Source of the DNA: Histomonas meleagridis 2922-C6/04-290x
Lineage: Eukaryota; Protista; Parabasalia
Reading direction: 5' to 3'
DNA: 64,000 nt
Assembly (NCBI GenBank): GCA_020184695.1
Contig: JAANOX010000245.1
Coordinates: 1-64,000 of the forward strand
Shown here: in pieces, positions 34,940 through 41,887 of the stretch
Position numbering within the stretch: the stretch's first letter is position 1
How the letters are laid out: each line of letters starts with the position of its first letter
Program-made: the position numbers and the translations under genes
Notes under the pieces: generated by a model
Told to the model about the DNA's origin: nothing
Seen by the model: the letters and a program-made list of their open reading frames with translations, nothing else
The model's database searches: none

Positions 34940-35562
34940 TCAATTCATTTGACTCAATAAGAGCCTTATAAAATTAATTTTTATATACCAGTCACTTTAT
35001 GAGTTGGCGACCGTTATGAGCAATTTTTTTGGTGACAGTTGACGATCAAAATGAATTGAATATATAAAATAAAGTATTCAATTCAGGCTATCGGGGGACC
35101 GTTATGAGCGATTTCTTGTAATTTTTGCTAGGTAATATAATCTTGCTCAGGTACCATTAACGTCCTCCGCAAGATGAAGGCCTAGCAAAAATTATTATTA
35201 TTTTTAATCGTTTTCGAATAACGGCCTTCTATCAAAAATAAAATTAAACCTGACCCCCACCTTTAGTACATTTTATACTGATCACCTGTCTACGCCCTTT
35301 TATAAAAAAAGTGCTCCGCGGAGTCGGGCTTCGGCAGGTTTGTGATAAATGCACTCATTCGCCATTAGGGCTCTCTTTGGGGGAGGGGGTACCTTGGTTT
35401 ATAGAAAAAGAAAAAAAGAAAAAAGTTCTCAATTGCCCATAGAGTGAACAAACTTTGTTATTATCACTTATGTGCTGAGTCGAAAAGAAAAAAAATTTTA
35501 CCAGAAAAATCGAAAAAAGAAGAAAAAACCTTAATATCAATTGAATGGTTTACATATTACAA

Positions 35563-36009
35563 TTAAAAATTAAATGAATAATTAGAATTAGGAACAATTA
35601 AAACACTTGGGGCAGATACTTCAAAATTAGTTTCACGAATATAAAATACAAGAGATTTATTAAATGTAAAAAAACCAACTATACGATCATTAACTGATGG
35701 AAAAGAAGTACCAAAATCATATAAATAATAATAAAAAGTACCTGAATTAGAAAGTGAAGATTGATGAATAAAATTAACATATATCTCTGTATATTCAGAA
35801 TTGGGTTGATTGGGTTCAATTTGAATTACATAATAATGAGTACCATCTATTGTCTGATTTAAACCAGTAGAATAAGTAAATTGAGTTAAGGGAATAAATC
35901 CAGGAACATTAGATATAGAAATAGGAGATATTGGTATATTAACTCTAATAGTAGAGCCAATTTCATAAGCAACTCTTTTAGTACTAGTACCACCAGGATA
36001 ATTAACAAT
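35563..36009 (-). pseudogene. 5'-truncated beta-strand-rich ORF of unknown function (paralog within 7523-8017)
   Basis: Open for ~148 codons from IVNYPGG. The track's start at 36015 lies in host spacer DNA, and the paralog extends the frame upstream (SKNNGKIPDYTIQEN). Confidence 0.65.
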
Positions 36010-37204
36010 TTCCAAATATTATTTTGAATTATTATATTATCAGAATAAATTTTAATAAAATTAAATAAATGTCCTTAGCATTGATATCAATTCCATTTTG
36101 TGCAAGAAGTAATTTAACTATTTCTATGTGATCTCTTTCAGATGCTTTCATAAGTGCTGTCCTAAATATTACATATAACTTCCAAATATTATTTTTAATT
36201 GTTAAATGATTAAAATAAATATTTAATAAAACAAATAGATATCTTTTGCATTAATCAATTCCTTTATGTTCTAGAAGCAGTTGAACAACATCATAGTTAC
36301 CAACACCAGATGCAACCATTAGTGGTGTTTCAAAATATTTTTATAATTTTTGAAAATATATATGAATTATCAAATTGTTAAAATAGATATTAAATAAAAC
36401 AATTAAATATTTTTTATATCTATATTAATGTCTTTTTGTTCAAGAAGTAATTTCACTGTTTCTATATTAAAATTTTCAGATGCAATAAGAAGCGCTGTAT
36501 TAAATATTTATAATAATTTCCAAATATTATTTTAAAATTTCAAATTCTTTATATAAATATAAAATAAAATAAATATATACTTTGAGCATTCACCTCAATT
36601 CCTTTTTGTTTCAGAAGCAATTTAACGATTTCTATGTTATCTTTAACAGAACCATAAATAAATGATGTAAAATATAATTTTATTTTATTCCAAATTTTAT
36701 TTTGAATCAAAAAATTATTCGAACAAGCACCAAATAAAACAAATTTATATTTTTATGATTGAAATCAATTCCTCTTTTAGCTAGAAGTAATTTAACTATT
36801 TCAGGATTTCCTGCTGCTGAAGCATATATAAGTGCTATCATAAAAAATATAAATAATTTTCGAATATTATTTCGAAATATTAAATTAATTAAATAAATAT
36901 CGAATAACACAGAGAAATATCTTCAGCATTAATATTAATTCCTTTTTGTTCAAGAAGTAATTCAACGATTTATATATGATATTTTAAAGATGCAATCATA
37001 AGTGCTGTTTTAAATATTTTTAATTAACTCCATATTTTATAATGAAATATCGAATTCTGAAAATAAATTTTTTTCATAACAAATAAACATTTTTATCATT
37101 AACATCAATAACTCTTTGTTCAAGAAGGAATTGAACGATTTCTGTATATCCTTTTTCTGATGCATAAATGAGTGGTGTCTTGAATAATTTTAATAATTTC
37201 CAAT

Positions 37205-38367
37205 TCTCATCAAGCCACTTTTTGAAATGAAAAAATTAAAAAAAATAATTTCGTTCACAATTTTCAATTCAATTAAAAATTGCATAATTTTATTGTTTAT
37301 ATAGAAAGTGCCTCTGAAATTTCCATACCAGCTCTGCTCATGTCTACTGAAACATATCGAGTATATGCAGAACTTTTCCACCTTCCATGGGCTTTTATGA
37401 TACAATCATTAACATCTTTTAGTGAGGCATAATATGCTGCTCCTCTACGAAAACTATGAAATTTATAATTTTGATATTCTTCAACTCCAATCATCCTAAG
37501 TACATAAATAAGATGGACTCTGAGTGTGGATTGAGTTCGAGATTCTATGTGATCATTACTAGAAATTAAGTTTAAATAATTTATAAATCGGAATGGGCTA
37601 TAATCTGTCTTATTATCATAAATATATGTAAACGTACCATTCCCGGACTGATCTGTTTTAGCAGTCTGTATGTTTAGTTTTATTAAGTTTTCGCCTTCAA
37701 TTACAATATCGCTTTTTTTAAGGTTTAGCGCTTCACTTATTCTGAGAAATGCTGCAAACATTAACAATATCAAGAATATAAACTTTAAATTATCAATATT
37801 TGTTGGTGGAAATTTTTCAATTATTTTCGAAAACCATTTTGGATCAAACGGTAACTTTGCATTCGGACAAAAACCTGAATATAGTGACCTCCTTATTCCA
37901 CTCTTAAATATTTTGAATTTTATTGAATGTGTTAATATTTCCAAGTCATTTTGTTGAAAATAATGTGTAAAACTATTAATGTAAGCTTGTAACGTACAAC
38001 ATTTCATATTCTGATTCTGTTTAAATATAATGAATGCAACCATTTTGTCATGAGTAATAGGAAATGGTTCTTCGTGTATTAGATTTATCATCACTTTGGC
38101 ATAAGCATGAATCAGCCTATCATATGTACTTTTCGTTCCTGCTGAAACATTTGCGGCTGATATTGTATCAGCTTCAGCAAGTAATTGCTCCATCAATGAC
38201 ATTTTAAATATGATTCATAAAAAAAACTTAAAAACAATATTGAAAATTGTGAGCGAAATTACTTTTTTTAATTTTTTCATTTCAAAAAGTGTCGATGAGA
38301 ATTACACATAATAAAGACAACTTTTTAAGACGATGACCAAAGTTCATCGTCTTAAAAAGTTGCCTTT
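37205..38367 (-). mobile_element. Tyrosine-recombinase-only element with split inverted repeats, no TSD
   Basis: 37202-37268 is inverted at 38239-38303 (two substitutions plus a small indel region). 38308-38372 is a palindrome. Joining the flanks restores the spacer motif AAATAAT|ATTGGAAATT. Confidence 0.8.
37297..38202 (-). CDS. DIRS/Crypton-type tyrosine recombinase, intact, 301 aa
   Basis: Catalytic set FLRISE (R), AKTDQ (K), HSFRRG (HxxR), HGRWKS (W), AYTRY (Y); N-terminal SAM-like region (GTKSTY...TLQAYINS). Confidence 0.92.
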   Translation of the reverse strand: MSLMEQLLAEADTISAANVSAGTKSTYDRLIHAYAKVMINLIHEEPFPITHDKMVAFIIFKQNQNMKCCTLQAYINSFTHYFQQNDLEILTHSIKFKIFKSGIRRSLYSGFCPNAKLPFDPKWFSKIIEKFPPTNIDNLKFIFLILLMFAAFLRISEALNLKKSDIVIEGENLIKLNIQTAKTDQSGNGTFTYIYDNKTDYSPFRFINYLNLISSNDHIESRTQSTLRVHLIYVLRMIGVEEYQNYKFHSFRRGAAYYASLKDVNDCIIKAHGRWKSSAYTRYVSVDMSRAGMEISEALSI

Positions 38368-40184
38368 ATTATTTGTGAAATAACATATATAAATATCGAA
38401 TCATTAGGAGAAATTGTAAAAAAAAAAATAAATAAACTCCTTTAGCATTTAAATTAATACTTTTTTGTTCAAGAAGAAATTTACAAATATCTGTATAACC
38501 TTTTTCAGATGCATTTAAGAGAGTTAAAAATATTTTGGATAAATTCCAAATGTTACATTGAAATGTTATATCATATGAATAAAATTTGAAACAAATTAAC
38601 AAACAATATTTTCTTTAAAATTATAAAAACATTTATTTTCAAGAAGGTAATAAAAAAGTTCTTTATTCCATGAAATAGTTTCAATTTTCGAAAAATCGAT
38701 AAGAGGCTGTTGCTTTTCATAAAAATATTGTGTAATAAATAGATTACCAGCTTCAATAGATGCACCTATAAGAGAATAATTAATTTTTAATCCATTTGTT
38801 TCAAAAAATGATAAAAGTTCATAGTTATTGTATAAAATAGATAGCTTTCCTAAGTATGATATTTCAACATAACTTTCAATTTTGTTTTCATAAAGATAAT
38901 GGAAGACATCATTCCGATGAAATTCAATTGCTGTTTTATATCCATCTTTAAATGATGAATGATTTTGTTCACATAAATGAATAATTTCAAGATTTCCACC
39001 TGCCACAGCATATTTTCCTGCATTTTCTACATTTGCACCATTCATAAGTAAATATTTAAAACATTCAATTGATCCAAAAAATGCTGCATAATCAATTAAT
39101 GTTACATTTGGATATTTTTGATTAATAAAATCACATTTTTCATAAAGTGATGGTTCAATTATTTGATTAAAATCAAAATCACTTTGAGATGATATTTGTT
39201 GAAGTTTTTTTATATCATCATTTCGAATTATTTTTGAAATCTCATTTGGATTAACACCTTCTTTAATTAATTTCTTATGTAGTTCCCAATTATTTGCTTT
39301 AAGTTTATGAATGTTTTCACAAAAATATTTATAAAATTGATTTTCCTTGAAGATAATATATTCATCTTCAGACATATAATGTGCAAAATATGGCGTCTTT
39401 TTACACTTTTTTTGATCGACAAATCCATTTTCAATCAATCCTTCAAGGAGATAATTTGATTCTTGACTTTCATTTGAGAAGAGAATTTGCACAAAAATAT
39501 CAAATACAATATTTTCACTTTCCTTTTTTGTTCCAATTTTTTGTAAATACTTTAGACATAATTTGCTTTGACCTTTTAAAATAAAATATAAATAAATCAT
39601 TCTACAAACAATGTGGAAGTATGAAAATGCAAATTTTGAAGAAAAGTATAACAATGAAGAATCAACAGCTTCTTCAATATTATTTTCATTTAAATCAAAA
39701 ATGACCTTTTCAAGGTTATGCAGATTTTGAAGATTTTCACTAAATTTGGCTGCTGTATTGCTTTGATTTCCACCCATTAACTCTTGAAAAACAATAAGAA
39801 AGTATAACGTGCAATAATTCAAAATTAAACTAAAATGGTCGGTTATTTAGTTTTTGAAGCTCAGAAAAAAATGCCAAGAACCAAAGAAAAAATCAAATTT
39901 TGTGCGCAATTTGATCGACATTTGATTTGAACACACCGATTCATGTTAACTGACAGTTTTCGACCAAACAAACAAATTCAACTTTTTCAGATGGAAGCAG
40001 CTGGGGTTTGCTGTGACTTATTGAAAATTTCTTTTCTAGGAATTTTCTGTTTTTTTGGAACATAACATGTGCTCGTTCACTTGAGTTTTCTTATTTTTAA
40101 AGAAGTAGTTTCTCATTTGATATATATTCAAAAAAGTGATGATAATTTTATTTTTTTGGTTTAAATAATCTTATTTAAAAATAC

Positions 40185-40637
40185 TTAGTTTGCATTTTCG
40201 TCAGGATCATGTAAAACAACATAATCAAGAAATGGTGAAATTGCGGCAAAATTTTCATCGAACCACTTTATAAGCACCGTCTTCCTTCGTTTTGCATCTC
40301 GGTCCAGTTTAATGTTTGCGTGGTTTGCTAAAACTGTTGCAATGCTAACTAGTTCAGGTTGTTTAATATTGACGCCAAATCTCCTGGTAATTTCTTTCCA
40401 TACAGGGCTTCCTTTGGGGTCAAATCCAGAAAGCCTTCCATTTATTCTTTTTTTCTCGGCGTTACTTTGGGAATTTGGATTCATGTAAGCATCAAAAGTA
40501 GGATTTACAATCTCAGGATGCTGAGACAATATCTCATTTATTTGGTATAATGTTTGATTTGTTTCTGGAGTCTCAGTTAATCCTTCTTGTTTGGGGATGG
40601 TTTCTTCATTCATGTTTCGATAATAAAAGCCCGCCAA
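40185..40637 (-). CDS. Conserved hypothetical parabasalid-type protein (LDRDAKRRKTVLIKWFDEN motif)
   Basis: Clean 150-aa ORF with a basic helical C-terminal motif; family recognised only from recall. Confidence 0.7.
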   Translation of the reverse strand: MAGFYYRNMNEETIPKQEGLTETPETNQTLYQINEILSQHPEIVNPTFDAYMNPNSQSNAEKKRINGRLSGFDPKGSPVWKEITRRFGVNIKQPELVSIATVLANHANIKLDRDAKRRKTVLIKWFDENFAAISPFLDYVVLHDPDENAN

Positions 40638-40719
40638 GTTTTTCTGAAAAGTTCTGTTTTTTAACGGTTATGGGTGATTACAGAGGCGGAAAAAGACGTT
40701 TAATTTATAGGAAGGAAAA

Positions 40720-41643
40720 ATGAAACAAAAAAATTTGGAAAATCAAATAAAACAAAAAACAAAATTGTTAATTGAAGCAAAAACTAGATACAATAGATTA
40801 GTTCGAGACGTTGAAAAAGAATTAAAAGATAAAATTGATAATTTAAAAAATCCATATGTCCATGTTTCATTAGATCTTGCCAGTAAAGTATTAAACGCAT
40901 TGAACAACGATCTATCAATGCTTCCAGATTCCATTCAAGATCTTCAAAGAATTTTAGCACTTACAAAAGAAGAAGCAATCGAAAATAATTCAGACACATT
41001 GCAACCCTTAAAATCACCAATTGGTAGTGACTCAGATTTCCATATTTCAAATGATTCAATTGATAAAAACGTTTTACCAATTCAAAGCAAGCAAATCGAT
41101 AATACAAGCTCAGATGCAGATTATATGGACATCACTCAAAATGAAAGTGAAGATGATGTTTTACAAAGTAGTATTTCTTTAAGTGAGTCTCCAATAATTA
41201 AATCTAAAGAACAAAAAAGTTCTTCTAAAAGTCGCTTTTCTACAACCAGCAACAACAAGCTTTCTAATGTTTCAATCGATAAACAAAATCAAAGCATTAA
41301 ATCTGATTTAGAAGAAAAAAGTGAAAACATTTTACAATTATCAAGTGATTTACAAAGTAACAAAGTATCAAGCGAAGGAAGCGATGCTATAATTGATGAA
41401 TATGTTTTTGATCAAAGTGATAATTTTTCAGAACTTAACTTCGAATCTGATGAAAACAAACTTCAAACAGAAAATGAAGATTTAGAGATCTTAAATGAAG
41501 AAGAAGACTTTTCAGATATTGACTTTTCTGTTTCAAGTGGAGAAACACCCGACTTGAAAGGCATATCCCTTGATGTAGATCAATATCTAAATCAATTTGA
41601 ACCGAAGGAAACAATTGACATTGATGAGTTTGTTTCAAATTAA
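40720..41643 (+). CDS. Hypothetical protein, N-terminal coiled coil and acidic low-complexity tail
   Basis: 307-aa ORF, divergent from the previous gene across 82 bp. Confidence 0.7.
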   Translation: MKQKNLENQIKQKTKLLIEAKTRYNRLVRDVEKELKDKIDNLKNPYVHVSLDLASKVLNALNNDLSMLPDSIQDLQRILALTKEEAIENNSDTLQPLKSPIGSDSDFHISNDSIDKNVLPIQSKQIDNTSSDADYMDITQNESEDDVLQSSISLSESPIIKSKEQKSSSKSRFSTTSNNKLSNVSIDKQNQSIKSDLEEKSENILQLSSDLQSNKVSSEGSDAIIDEYVFDQSDNFSELNFESDENKLQTENEDLEILNEEEDFSDIDFSVSSGETPDLKGISLDVDQYLNQFEPKETIDIDEFVSN

Positions 41644-41887
41644 AAATATATTGTTTTTTTTAAAAATTTTGTAAAAAATCTTTATGATTGAAAAACAACT
41701 TTAGTTCATAAACAAATGTATTTTTTAATTTTGCTTGTGACAAAATATAAAAACGAAGGTAAAACCGAAACAAAAAATAATGGCGATCATCTATCATTAA
41801 CCGTTTATTTCACAATATTGATAGAACGATAAAACATAACCGCCATTTTTGAGATAGCCCTTACAAAAATTTTTGCTTCACCTAGCC

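Larger units (their letters stand above)
33204..36006. mobile_element. Endogenous CRESS-DNA virus-derived insertion (2.8 kb)
   Basis: Contains Rep, a Cap N-terminus and two more ORFs. AATTT lies at both junctions (33199-33203, 36007-36011), and removing the block restores an 80-nt ankyrin spacer. Confidence 0.85.
33114..39777 (-). pseudogene. DUF3447-ankyrin gene with spacer-separated ankyrin repeats, interrupted by a YR element and a CRESS virus block
   Basis: ATG 39777 (MGGNQSN) and a DUF3447-type region (AVAGGNLEIIHLCEQ...AIEFHRNDVFHYL), then 30-codon ankyrin modules TxLxxAS...LLxQKGIDINAKD at a 170-bp period (36154-37200). The last module is at 33114-33182. Confidence 0.75.

Noticed and set aside
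36012-37200. 170-bp periodic repeats as a CRISPR array, or spacers as ordinary GT-AG introns
   Set aside because: The repeats encode ankyrin modules in a eukaryote and no cas genes are present. Only the spacer at 36161-36240 has a frame-restoring GT...AG pair, and the AG of ACAGCA is missing from TPL-type modules.
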